Source of the DNA: a virus
Taxonomy: Duplodnaviria; Caudoviricetes
Virus record (IMG/VR): IMGVR_UViG_3300020045_013707
Location: 1-37,068 of that record
DNA length: 37,068 bases
Direction: 5' to 3' (one strand)
A program made the translations under genes and the position numbers. Below the pieces are notes generated by a model. The model was not told the origin of the DNA and searched no databases. It worked only from the letters and a program-made list of their open reading frames with translations. Below are positions 18,483 through 26,849 of the stretch, one piece after another; position 1 is the stretch's first letter, and every line of letters starts with the position of its first letter.

Positions 18483-19343
18483 TTACTTTCGAGACTTAAG
18501 TAAGTTGATCTGTTGGTAAAGGCTTTGAACCTTTGCCTTGGTGTTGCTGTGGTTAGGGTGTTGCCAGTCCTTAAACTCAGAACTCATCATTAGGCGACGA
18601 GCCTCTTCTTGAAGAGCATTGGAGTCTTTTGCCGGAGTGGGCTCACCGCGATTAAAGCCATTGTCCTCTCTAACTTCGCTGTCGTGAAGCCTGGTTAAAA
18701 CACTAGCCAAAACCAGCATGGTCTTATCATCAATGGCGGTTAAGTGACCCTTTAAGCCCTCAGGAGTGTACTTCTGTAAAAGCTGATTTGTAAGCTCAAC
18801 CTTCTCAGACTTCTTTGCGCCAAAAAGGCTATCGAGCTGCTGGGCAAATTCAGCATTAGCCTTTGCTGTTTCCGCCTCAACCATTTTTTGATGCTCTTTA
18901 TAGGCCTCAATCTCATACATATCAGAGCGTTTTAAAAGCTCCTTTGCTTGCTGCGCAGTTAACCCAAGCTCATGAAAGGTCTTCTTTAAAACCTCTTCCT
19001 TTTCTGGCGGACGAGTAAAGTTCTCCGGAGCATCTTGAATCTTCTCAAACTCATACTTGTCGTAGCTCTCAGGGCGGCCCATTTTGTTATAAAAAGACTC
19101 CCACTCTTCTTTGGGTGATGTCTCGCTTGGAACCCCAACCGTCTTTCTGCCAATCAAAGACTGTGCATTGTCAAATTGCTGAAACAAACCATCAAAAGAA
19201 TCAATGTTCTTTAAATACTCTTTGTCTCTATAGGTCTCAGGAATCATGCTCTTAAAGTCAGGAGCAGATGCTTCCCCTTTAATGATTCCGCCCATTGGCA
19301 CACTTGCACTTTGATTGTTGTTGTCCGGTGTATTAACGTCCAT
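18483..19343 (-). CDS. Capsid scaffolding protein
   Basis: NAQSLIG...P...EEWESFYNKMGRPES..KY; HELGLTAQQA; C-terminal DWQHPNH..TKAKVQSLY. Confidence 0.85.
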   Translation of the reverse strand: MDVNTPDNNNQSASVPMGGIIKGEASAPDFKSMIPETYRDKEYLKNIDSFDGLFQQFDNAQSLIGRKTVGVPSETSPKEEWESFYNKMGRPESYDKYEFEKIQDAPENFTRPPEKEEVLKKTFHELGLTAQQAKELLKRSDMYEIEAYKEHQKMVEAETAKANAEFAQQLDSLFGAKKSEKVELTNQLLQKYTPEGLKGHLTAIDDKTMLVLASVLTRLHDSEVREDNGFNRGEPTPAKDSNALQEEARRLMMSSEFKDWQHPNHSNTKAKVQSLYQQINLLKSRK

Positions 19344-19678
19344 TATTCAGTCTCCCCTTTTAATTGATTAATCTCAACATTAGCCAAAACATCAGGCCTT
19401 GATCTCAATAGCTTACGCAGTCTCAAATAAACGTCACGCTTCGCCTCGTTATAAACTGTCGATTCCTTGTTAATCTCTAATGTCGTTGGACTGAGCACAC
19501 AGGACGGCTCAAGAAAGCCGCACTCCTTCATGAGCCAAAGTAATACTCTTTGCCCTGACTCAGTAGCAAAACACTCACAAGCTGCCTTCTGAGAGCGAGC
19601 CTCTTCAGACTTTCTTTTTTGCATTACGTCGGCTTTTTGGCGCTGCTTTTCAATAGCCGCCATAGCTGGATCTTGCAT
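19343..19678 (-). CDS. Bbp19-like protein between portal and scaffold
   Basis: FATESGQRVLLWLMKEC...YNEAKRDVYLRL pattern and position. Confidence 0.75.
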   Translation of the reverse strand: MQDPAMAAIEKQRQKADVMQKRKSEEARSQKAACECFATESGQRVLLWLMKECGFLEPSCVLSPTTLEINKESTVYNEAKRDVYLRLRKLLRSRPDVLANVEINQLKGETE

Positions 19679-19697
19679 CTAAAATTTCCTCTCTATT

Positions 19698-21452
19698 TTA
19701 AAAAACAGCCGGAGCTTCGGCCTCAGCGGCTTCAGCTTCTTGTTTGGCGAGAGCCGCAAGATTAACCTGCTCCTCAGTAGCACCAATCTGACGAATAATC
19801 TCGTTGTCGGCACCAACTTCTTCTCTAGCCATTTGGCTTTGAGCGGCCTGTTGTTTTGCTGCGCGAATTTGAGCCATAAGCTCTTCACTCTTAAACACAG
19901 AACTCGGCGCTCCCATAGCATAGCCAACAACCTTAAGAGACTCATCAGCATCAAGGCCATCAAGAACATCGGGATTAAACTGAGCAACCATGCCCGCAAA
20001 CTCCCACGCTCTCATTACACCCTCGGCTTCAAAAGTCTGCATCATACGAGCTGCCGGAGTCAAATACTCAACTTCGTAAAACTCTTTGCCAGAGAGAATA
20101 TATTCCTCAATAAACTTAGGAATAATCTCAGGGATTTCTCCCTTAGACGTTAATTCAAAGTCCTCTTTGGATCCACGAATAACTCCAAGCCTTCCCTTTC
20201 TAAAGAGAATGGAAACAGAACGCTCAACAATCGGTGTAAACAGTTCAGCAATTTGGCGAGAAAAAAGAGAGGTCAATGCTTCAGAACGAATCTTGTTTCT
20301 TAAGTTCGCCTCTCCTAAAGTCATGGCCGTTTGATTATTAAAATCAAGCAAACGATCAATGTTAAAGTGCTCATTGATACTCTTAACTAAATCCTCAACC
20401 GACTTATCGACCTCTCTAATTGTCTCAACTGTAAACAGCGGAAAAATCGGATCGCGATTAGCAATGCGCCCAGAAGACGCAAAAACATTAATCCCGCCCG
20501 CAGAAGTATCAATCTCCTCATTCCCTAAAACAGAGTCGTCATAGACCCCAAGTGGGGGATCTAGGCTCTTCTCGATAGCCGTGATTCTGGCCTTCTTGGT
20601 TTGATTAAGCTCTAATATGTCAGGCATAGCGTCCATACCAGGACTGCGCCCATAGACTTCGTTACGACGCTTAAAGAATCTGGCAATAGCCACAGGCATC
20701 TCATCATAGCCAGAGTCGCGAACAAGTTGTTTGGCCTGAATTTCAATCGTTTTAGAGAGAAAGTTCATGGCCTTGTTACCCTTAGCACCAAGCTCTTTTT
20801 TTGTACGCGGAGCAATCACATGGAGGAACTTAATTCTCTCGGTCGTGTTGCCCTCTTCATACTTTTTACGAGTGCCTTCGGAAACATTCTCTAGTCCATA
20901 ATCCTCAACGGCCTGAAGAATAGAGATCTGAAACTCACGATAAATAGTACGAACGTATCCGCCGCGCCCCTCTTCAATGGAGATTTCATCAATCCCCCAG
21001 GCAGAAAACGTAAGATCAGAGAGATCTTCCCCGTCAAACACACCAATGCCGGAAGTACCAAAGGCACCTTGGTCATTCATGTACTCCTCAAGAGCCAAAG
21101 TTAACCCAGCCTTAGGGTCATCCATTGCGGTCGTAACTTGATTTGTAATGTAGTCGAAATAATCTTTTACCCCACCGCGACCCTCAAGCTCGCGAACAGG
21201 CTTAATCCTTACGGATCTCTTTGCTCCAAGCCACAGAAGGCCAAGAAGAGAAGCTGCCATTCGGCGATTAGCCTTTGGAGCTGTAGAGTCGTATAGGTCG
21301 CGATGCAGAAACTGACCGTCATAATTGATCTCGGTAAAATCAACTTTTTTAGTATGAATGTACTCTCCGCAGTATTGCCAAAGAATATTCCATGTGGACT
21401 TTTGGCTCTTAACTTTGGCATGGCGCTGAAGCCATCTTTCTACATCACTCAT
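19698..21452 (-). CDS. Portal (head-tail connector) protein
   Basis: LYDSTA; GAFGTS; EVYGRSPGMDAMPDI; DPPL; MTLGEA..R; VEYLTPAA. Confidence 0.93.
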   Translation of the reverse strand: MSDVERWLQRHAKVKSQKSTWNILWQYCGEYIHTKKVDFTEINYDGQFLHRDLYDSTAPKANRRMAASLLGLLWLGAKRSVRIKPVRELEGRGGVKDYFDYITNQVTTAMDDPKAGLTLALEEYMNDQGAFGTSGIGVFDGEDLSDLTFSAWGIDEISIEEGRGGYVRTIYREFQISILQAVEDYGLENVSEGTRKKYEEGNTTERIKFLHVIAPRTKKELGAKGNKAMNFLSKTIEIQAKQLVRDSGYDEMPVAIARFFKRRNEVYGRSPGMDAMPDILELNQTKKARITAIEKSLDPPLGVYDDSVLGNEEIDTSAGGINVFASSGRIANRDPIFPLFTVETIREVDKSVEDLVKSINEHFNIDRLLDFNNQTAMTLGEANLRNKIRSEALTSLFSRQIAELFTPIVERSVSILFRKGRLGVIRGSKEDFELTSKGEIPEIIPKFIEEYILSGKEFYEVEYLTPAARMMQTFEAEGVMRAWEFAGMVAQFNPDVLDGLDADESLKVVGYAMGAPSSVFKSEELMAQIRAAKQQAAQSQMAREEVGADNEIIRQIGATEEQVNLAALAKQEAEAAEAEAPAVF

Positions 21453-21461
21453 TGATTCCCC

Positions 21462-21947
21462 TTAACGCATATTATTTCTAAAAACACTAAAAGAGCCACC
21501 ACTAGCACTCCCGCCAGGCTTAGCAGCACTCATCTTGTTGCTTGGCGCACTACCGACAGGAAAGGCGCTCAAGGGTCTCATCGAGCCAATAAGGCCCATT
21601 TGATTGCTAGCAGAGATTGGAAGCCCACGCGCCCCCGTAGGGTTCGCCATAGAGCGAAACATATAGGCTCGCATCCTCTGAGCTTCTTTTTCATCAATAA
21701 GTTCTTTTTCGGCAGTCGCCGCAGGACTATTTCTGGGGCGAGCTAGAGACTGGGGATTAAATCCAATGCCCATGTTGGGATTTGCAAATCCAAAAGTAAG
21801 ATCATGGACAAGAGACTCGGACGCTCTTTTTGCGCCCTTACCCTTAAAAGTAACGTCGTTTACAAACTTAGGGGCCGCCACGGTGAAATCAATAACTTGC
21901 TGTCCTGTCTTCTTAAACGTGTCAACAAACCCATCGAAAAATCCCAT
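21462..21947 (-). CDS. Hypothetical low-complexity protein upstream of the portal gene (possible virion protein)
   Basis: Fills the TerL-portal gap; GGGGGG RBS-like run upstream. Confidence 0.65.
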   Translation of the reverse strand: MGFFDGFVDTFKKTGQQVIDFTVAAPKFVNDVTFKGKGAKRASESLVHDLTFGFANPNMGIGFNPQSLARPRNSPAATAEKELIDEKEAQRMRAYMFRSMANPTGARGLPISASNQMGLIGSMRPLSAFPVGSAPSNKMSAAKPGGSASGGSFSVFRNNMR

Positions 21948-21984
21948 AGTCCCCCCAGTATAACGTGCTTAAATGCTAGCACAC

Positions 21985-23535
21985 TTAAAAGCGAAAGATA
22001 ACTTTTTCTTGTTTCTTGCTTGGTCTTTTAACTAGATCACTCGACTTTCGTTTTATCTCTCGTCCACCGTCAAATGCGTCTCTGCGAATCGGCATAGCAA
22101 AAGTTAGGGCCAAAGCATCTCCCCTGTCGGGCGATCTCTTAAATTCTTTTCTAATCTCATCTTTACCAACAAGTCTTATCTTCCCGTTTGACGTAGTAAT
22201 AAAATCAGGCATGATAGTGAGATCTGAGTGGAGAATCTCGTCGTCTACAATCCCAACGTCCCCCGCCTTTAACCAATCCCTTAATTCACACCACATCTCC
22301 GCTCTCTTATTCATATAAACGTCCTGCATATCAGCCTTCATACCAAAATGAATGCCATCCACAATGCCAGAATATCCAAGCTCCTTTAACCGATCAATCG
22401 TGCCATGCCCATAGGCCACATCCACAAAACACTTAACGGGCTTATACTTATCAATCAATTTCCCCAAGATGCCCGCAAGCCGCATTTCATCCATGTCATC
22501 AAAACTCATCATGACCGGAACCTCACGCCCACGCCGAAAACAAATGGTCGTCTTATCCCCTCCACTGCGAGCGGGATCAACACCAAACACTAAAGGAGCG
22601 TGAGCATCTTTAATTCGAGACTTTCTCGCCCTCATAACCCACTCGGGGTCAATCAACCCGCGAGAAGAGGTCTGAAAGGCCTCCATAACATTACAGGGAT
22701 ACTCTTGCTGAAATTGCTTTAAACCATTACGAGCATTATCAATCTTAAACCTGCGCCAACAGATCTGCTCATCATCAAGCTTATAAAGACCCTTAAGCTC
22801 AATCTCAGCATCAGTTAATTCAAAGCCCTCAGGCAGAGGTCTGCGATACTCAGCCTGTAAAAACCAAGGGACAAAGATTAGTTCATAATCCCCTCTACCC
22901 TCAAGAGCTGTCATACACTTCTCGTAAAACATTCCAGTCATTCCATTGGCGGTAGACTCGAGAATAATCTCACCTTTTGAAGGAGGTACCGACTCCATAA
23001 CGCCTGATTCAATCTCATCGGTGTTGGCCCAAAAGTGCGCCTCAGATCCATGAAACAACTGCAAAGTACCACCGCGCCCAACATCAGGGTTCCCCGCAGT
23101 ACCAATAAAATACTCAGACTCAATCTTATTAAACACAAGTTCTTTGCGCGAAGAGTTTGAAGTCTCAGGACGCAGAGACGGATGCACATTCTCATGAAAC
23201 CTGCGCACCATTTTAAACAACTTATCTGTAGTAGAGGCCTCGTGCGAGAGGATAAAAGCATTAATCCCCCCGCGACGAGCCTTATGATAAAAGCGAGCGT
23301 TAACGTAAGTAGAAACCCCTTGCTGCCGACCCTTCAGAATAAGAGCGCGAACAAAACCACGCGAGCGAAGCTGGGCCTCCAAATGGTCATGCACAAGTTT
23401 TTGAGCATTGTTGAGATTAAGGGCCACAAGACCCCCATCTTTATTCTTAATCAATAGCGGCGCTTCACGCGCAAAGTAAGGCAAGTCAAAGGTCAGCTTT
23501 TCGTGAATCGCTGCACGTTTAGAATCTAAAGACAC
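21985..23535 (-). CDS. terL: Terminase large subunit
   Basis: LNNAQ; ILKGRQQGVST (Walker A); LFHGSE (Walker B); ESTANG; nuclease GVDPAR..GD; NKRAEMW; SPDRGDALAL. Confidence 0.95.
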   Translation of the reverse strand: MSLDSKRAAIHEKLTFDLPYFAREAPLLIKNKDGGLVALNLNNAQKLVHDHLEAQLRSRGFVRALILKGRQQGVSTYVNARFYHKARRGGINAFILSHEASTTDKLFKMVRRFHENVHPSLRPETSNSSRKELVFNKIESEYFIGTAGNPDVGRGGTLQLFHGSEAHFWANTDEIESGVMESVPPSKGEIILESTANGMTGMFYEKCMTALEGRGDYELIFVPWFLQAEYRRPLPEGFELTDAEIELKGLYKLDDEQICWRRFKIDNARNGLKQFQQEYPCNVMEAFQTSSRGLIDPEWVMRARKSRIKDAHAPLVFGVDPARSGGDKTTICFRRGREVPVMMSFDDMDEMRLAGILGKLIDKYKPVKCFVDVAYGHGTIDRLKELGYSGIVDGIHFGMKADMQDVYMNKRAEMWCELRDWLKAGDVGIVDDEILHSDLTIMPDFITTSNGKIRLVGKDEIRKEFKRSPDRGDALALTFAMPIRRDAFDGGREIKRKSSDLVKRPSKKQEKVIFRF

Positions 23536-23547
23536 AAGTCTCCTTCA

Positions 23548-23748
23548 TTAACGATGATCGAGATAAATATAAAGCCAGTCCCTGATAGACTTCAAGGTCT
23601 CAAGACGAATTAAAGACTCAGAGACCCGTGATACATGGGGAGACCCCCAAACAAGCCACACATCTTCTCCGCGCACCTCAAAGCGCACGAAGAAGGCAGA
23701 GTTATTTACAATGCTTTTGCGAATAGAGCGGTCGGCTGTGAACTCCAC
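23548..23748 (-). CDS. Hypothetical protein
   Basis: Fills the gap on the operon strand. Confidence 0.5.
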   Translation of the reverse strand: MEFTADRSIRKSIVNNSAFFVRFEVRGEDVWLVWGSPHVSRVSESLIRLETLKSIRDWLYIYLDHR

Positions 23749-23751
23749 AAC

Positions 23752-24309
23752 CTAGACCGCGCCAATTTCTATTAACCAAGAAGCGTCATTAGCAATCGGC
23801 CCCGTAAAAGGAGCGTTTCCCGAGGCAGAAAAGTAGCGGGCCCCGCCAGCATAGGTGCTCGCCGAAGTATTTCTTGTTTGCACAGCAATGCTAGCATTAG
23901 CGCCCAAATAAGATAGAACAACAGCGTAAACTCCACCGTTGACCAAAGTGTACGGAAGATCCGCAACCACATTTCGCGTCGGGAGAGGGTTGGTCGTTGT
24001 TAACAAAGAAATGTCTTGTGCCGCAGTATATACCAAAGTCGTTGGTGCTCCAGCCGTCGTAGTCCAAAGCTCAAAATTATAAATTCCAGTTTGCAGTGTC
24101 GAGACAAACATAGAGGCCGAAACCCTAACTCCAGACGAGTCTTGTGTCGCAGTAAAAGTCTGAGCCTGACGGCGCAAAGAGGTGCTCACTCCAAAAGTGG
24201 CAGAACTCGTTGTCTCGTCATAAATAGTCACCAAAGGAGGGCGAACAATGGCTGCGGGAATCCCAAAGCCCAAAGTCACCCTACAGTCAGCATAAGCCTT
24301 GCGACTCAT
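23752..24309 (-). CDS. Putative head-spike fibre (beta-rich; alternative GTG start at 24279)
   Basis: N-terminal TLGFGI resembles the LGLGL anchor of RcGTA head fibre; Thr/Ser/Ala-rich domain AQTFTA...YAVVL. Confidence 0.5.
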   Translation of the reverse strand: MSRKAYADCRVTLGFGIPAAIVRPPLVTIYDETTSSATFGVSTSLRRQAQTFTATQDSSGVRVSASMFVSTLQTGIYNFELWTTTAGAPTTLVYTAAQDISLLTTTNPLPTRNVVADLPYTLVNGGVYAVVLSYLGANASIAVQTRNTSASTYAGGARYFSASGNAPFTGPIANDASWLIEIGAV

Positions 24310-24539
24310 CGAATGCCAATAATCGGAGTCGTAGTAGAGCCCGTCTCAACAGAGAAAACCTTGATCGGAAGCAGAGCGCCCGCCAGGACCGGAATAGTAA
24401 TGTCCGTTCCGCCAGAAACCTTCTTAACAATCAAGTCGCCATCGCTCCCACAGAAGAGAGCGTTAGCATCAATAGCAATAGCAGTGTCGTCGGCGGGAGT
24501 AATCACCGCCCAATCATTAGAGCCCCAAACGTCAGCCAT
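24306..24539 (-). CDS. Head-spike base protein (RcGTA Rcc01079-like)
   Basis: AVITPADD...ALFCGSDGDLIV...AGALLPIKV..V.TGST pattern. Confidence 0.75.
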   Translation of the reverse strand: MADVWGSNDWAVITPADDTAIAIDANALFCGSDGDLIVKKVSGGTDITIPVLAGALLPIKVFSVETGSTTTPIIGIR

Positions 24540-24553
24540 AAATCCCCCTAGAA

Positions 24554-25063
24554 TTAATCAATAACAACGTATTCAACAAAGATATTCATTACACCAGCCG
24601 ATTGAGTAGCGGTCGCCACAGTCGCTGTAATCGGACAAGTCGCCGCAATCCCATCAATCATTGTTCCAGCCGTTCCAATAGCAATACCAGTCGTCGTAGC
24701 ACCCACAGCAAGACCTGTTACGTCAGCGGCAGCATAAAGATTGCCAGCGTCCTCACAAGAAAGAGCCACTGTACCTGAACCCGCATCAACAAACTGAGTA
24801 ATGATCTGAAAGTAAACTTGAGTCACAAGAGCGTTGGCAGGAAGATTCACAGCCAAATCATAAGCACCCGCCGCACAACCCGCTGTGCAATCAAAAGTCG
24901 CACGAGCCACACGCTTAAACTGCAAACCGTCAGTAGAGGGAGAATCATAAAGATCTTCAATCGCGTTAAAGCGAGTATTCATCTCACTTGTGTACGGAGA
25001 ACTCGTAGCAAAAGAAGCAACCGAAAACATCATCAACAAAGAAAAAAGAAATCCACCCATCAT
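24554..25063 (-). CDS. Decoration/cement-like beta protein with an N-terminal signal-peptide-like segment
   Basis: FLFSLLMMFSVASFA leader; VARATFD...LPANALVTQV...SAGVMNIFVEY. Confidence 0.6.
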   Translation of the reverse strand: MMGGFLFSLLMMFSVASFATSSPYTSEMNTRFNAIEDLYDSPSTDGLQFKRVARATFDCTAGCAAGAYDLAVNLPANALVTQVYFQIITQFVDAGSGTVALSCEDAGNLYAAADVTGLAVGATTTGIAIGTAGTMIDGIAATCPITATVATATQSAGVMNIFVEYVVID

Positions 25064-25296
25064 TAACCCCCCTTAAGGATCTTCATAATATAATCAGCAC
25101 TTAAACCCGCACCCGAACCAAACACAGAGGCCAAAGCAAACACACGCACCTTAAACGTCGATAACTCGCGATCAATGTCGTCTATCTTCTTACTCATACC
25201 CTCAATCTTAGTGAGCATATAAGTTCGCCATTCTCTTTCCGATTCAATAACTCGGCTTAACTCGTGACTATCCATCATGTAACATTCTATGCTCAA
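25063..25296 (-). CDS. Small coiled-coil plus C-terminal TM protein (holin-like)
   Basis: KIEGMSKKIDDIDREL followed by hydrophobic VFALASVFGSGAGL. Confidence 0.55.
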   Translation of the reverse strand: MSIECYMMDSHELSRVIESEREWRTYMLTKIEGMSKKIDDIDRELSTFKVRVFALASVFGSGAGLSADYIMKILKGG

Positions 25297-25309
25297 TTAA
25301 GAACCAATA

Positions 25310-25933
25310 TCAATTGCTTTCCTCATCCTCAGTCGAGTCCAGGAGCGCCGCCTCATCAGGCTCACTCTCCCTTACCTTAGCATCAAGAAAGTCCGTATAA
25401 TTCATATTGCGATTCTCATTCTTAGTCACCTGAATCGGCTTACCCTCAACCCGATCCGCAATAGCATTAAACGCCGAAACATCAGCATCCAAAATCGCCC
25501 GCTGCATAAGCCTAATCCCAAGCAAATCACGCCGAGTTACCTCGCGCCCCAACTGCTCCGACAACCTATCCCTTAAGTACACAGGCACCGCATCAAGCTC
25601 ACCCTCAGTAGGTACTGCCTCAAGCAACTCGTTAAACACAGTCTTAAACGATCGACCCTTGCGACCCGTACTGCGATTGTTAACAAAAGGATCTTCCCCA
25701 GGACCGCGCGGCAAAATATTAAGTATCCCCGCCTCACGATTTTTAGGCCCTATATAATCCCCCTGAGAACTATAATACTTCCCAAACACCCGCATCCAAT
25801 TCTCATTCTTAAAACGCAAGGCCCTTAACTCCAACCGACGATTCATCTTCGCCAAATACCCGTCAGGCTCAACCTCACTCAATTGAGAATTACTCTCAAT
25901 AACCTCTTCGTCGTTCTCCATGTCCTCACTCAT
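25310..25933 (-). CDS. Probable terminase small subunit
   Basis: N...GRKGRSFK..FNELL and ADVSAFNAIADRVEGKPIQ motifs typical of TerS-like proteins; near the start of the late arm. Confidence 0.6.
   Translation of the reverse strand: MSEDMENDEEVIESNSQLSEVEPDGYLAKMNRRLELRALRFKNENWMRVFGKYYSSQGDYIGPKNREAGILNILPRGPGEDPFVNNRSTGRKGRSFKTVFNELLEAVPTEGELDAVPVYLRDRLSEQLGREVTRRDLLGIRLMQRAILDADVSAFNAIADRVEGKPIQVTKNENRNMNYTDFLDAKVRESEPDEAALLDSTEDEESN
25882..25900. promoter_or_regulatory. Fur-box-like palindrome inside the 5' end of the terS-like gene
   Basis: ATTGAGAATTACTCTCAAT; 7-bp perfect outer arms. Confidence 0.45.
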
Positions 25934-25935
25934 AA

Positions 25936-26331
25936 CTACTTAACCCTTACCCGTCCACGCGAACGACTCGAACCCAAACCCATATCATCTAACGCTGAAA
26001 ACTCATCGACAATATCAACCACATCACTAAAATCACTCTCAATCTCCACCCCAAGCTCCTCCTCCAAAACATTCCCAGAAACCTGAGGCAACTGACTAAC
26101 CACCGCACAAGTCCTAAAACCTAAAGACGTCGGGTCTAGCTTAGTCAAAGCACGATTCACCAAATTACTCTGAATGTACTGCAAAGCAAAAGGTATAGCC
26201 TTGCGAGGCAAATCCACCTCCACCTCATAGGCCGTCACCTGCTTTATACGGCCCACATTAGAATAATACTGCCCACAAACAGTAACCTTCACCGAATCCA
26301 AAATGTCCTCACTACTTAATTTCTTACTCAT
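25936..26331 (-). CDS. Hypothetical protein, first gene of the late arm
   Basis: GAGGGAG RBS; acidic C-terminus with basic tail. Confidence 0.75.
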   Translation of the reverse strand: MSKKLSSEDILDSVKVTVCGQYYSNVGRIKQVTAYEVEVDLPRKAIPFALQYIQSNLVNRALTKLDPTSLGFRTCAVVSQLPQVSGNVLEEELGVEIESDFSDVVDIVDEFSALDDMGLGSSRSRGRVRVK

Positions 26332-26371
26332 ATATTTTTTTCTCCCTCTACCATTTATGGTTCCTATTTAA

Positions 26372-26399
26372 AGTATATTCAGTTATCATAGACACGCAA
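26372..26399 (-). promoter_or_regulatory. Candidate late-operon promoter
   Basis: TTGCGT-16nt-TATACT about 40 nt upstream of the 26331 start. Confidence 0.55.
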
Positions 26400-26470
26400 T
26401 ATTGTTGTTCTCCAAACTACCTTATCGCACCCTCAGAGGCCTCATAGAAATATGGGGCTTTTGTTTTTAT

Positions 26471-26599
26471 GGGGTGGTGCGTTATTTGGGAATTTGGGAT
26501 TTTTTGGGGATTTTTTGGGGGAGGGGGGAAGACGAAAAAAACAAAGAGATATAGACTAAATCCACAGAATTTCCCCCATACCCTACCCCCTACCCCCCC
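26471..26599. repeat. Facing G-run cluster (26471-26528) and C-run cluster (26573-26599)
   Basis: Six G-runs of 3 or more on +; four C-runs of 3 or more separated by 2-3 nt. Confidence 0.85.
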
Positions 26600-26735
26600 T
26601 CAAATCAAGCCTTCAAACCATGTCAAATCAAGCTCTCAATTCAATCAAGTAACAGATGATGTCTCTATGTCTTGTTTAAGTCTTACCTATTGATTCTCAT
26701 ATCATTAAATAGTCTAGTTGATTGCCTTGTCTAAT

Positions 26736-26849
26736 TGACAATGCCTATCACTTATCACTTCCTGTTACTGATAATGACTATCATCTATTGCTTGCTCTTA
26801 TTGATAATGGTCATCACTTAGATCTAGGTCTTATTGATAATCATTCTCA
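26736..26849. repeat. Four 15-bp palindromic boxes at an exact 33-bp period
   Basis: TGACAATGCCTATCA (26736), TGATAATGACTATCA (26769), TGATAATGGTCATCA (26802), TGATAATCATTCTCA (26835). Confidence 0.85.

Noticed and set aside
621-26086. Numerous plus-strand and alternate-frame ORFs within the late arm (e.g. 24016..24564, 19740..20153, 19679..19999, 16873..17205)
   Set aside because: Shadow ORFs of well-supported structural genes, with no motifs or RBS support
26469-26693. 74-aa ORF in the control region
   Set aside because: Translation of homopolymer G/C/T tracts with no convincing RBS
26736-26849. 33-bp periodic array as a mini-CRISPR or TIGR-type guide array
   Set aside because: Repeats are only 15 bp, degenerate and palindromic like operators. 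Spacers are 18 bp and partly similar to each other. No Cas or Nop-domain gene is recognisable
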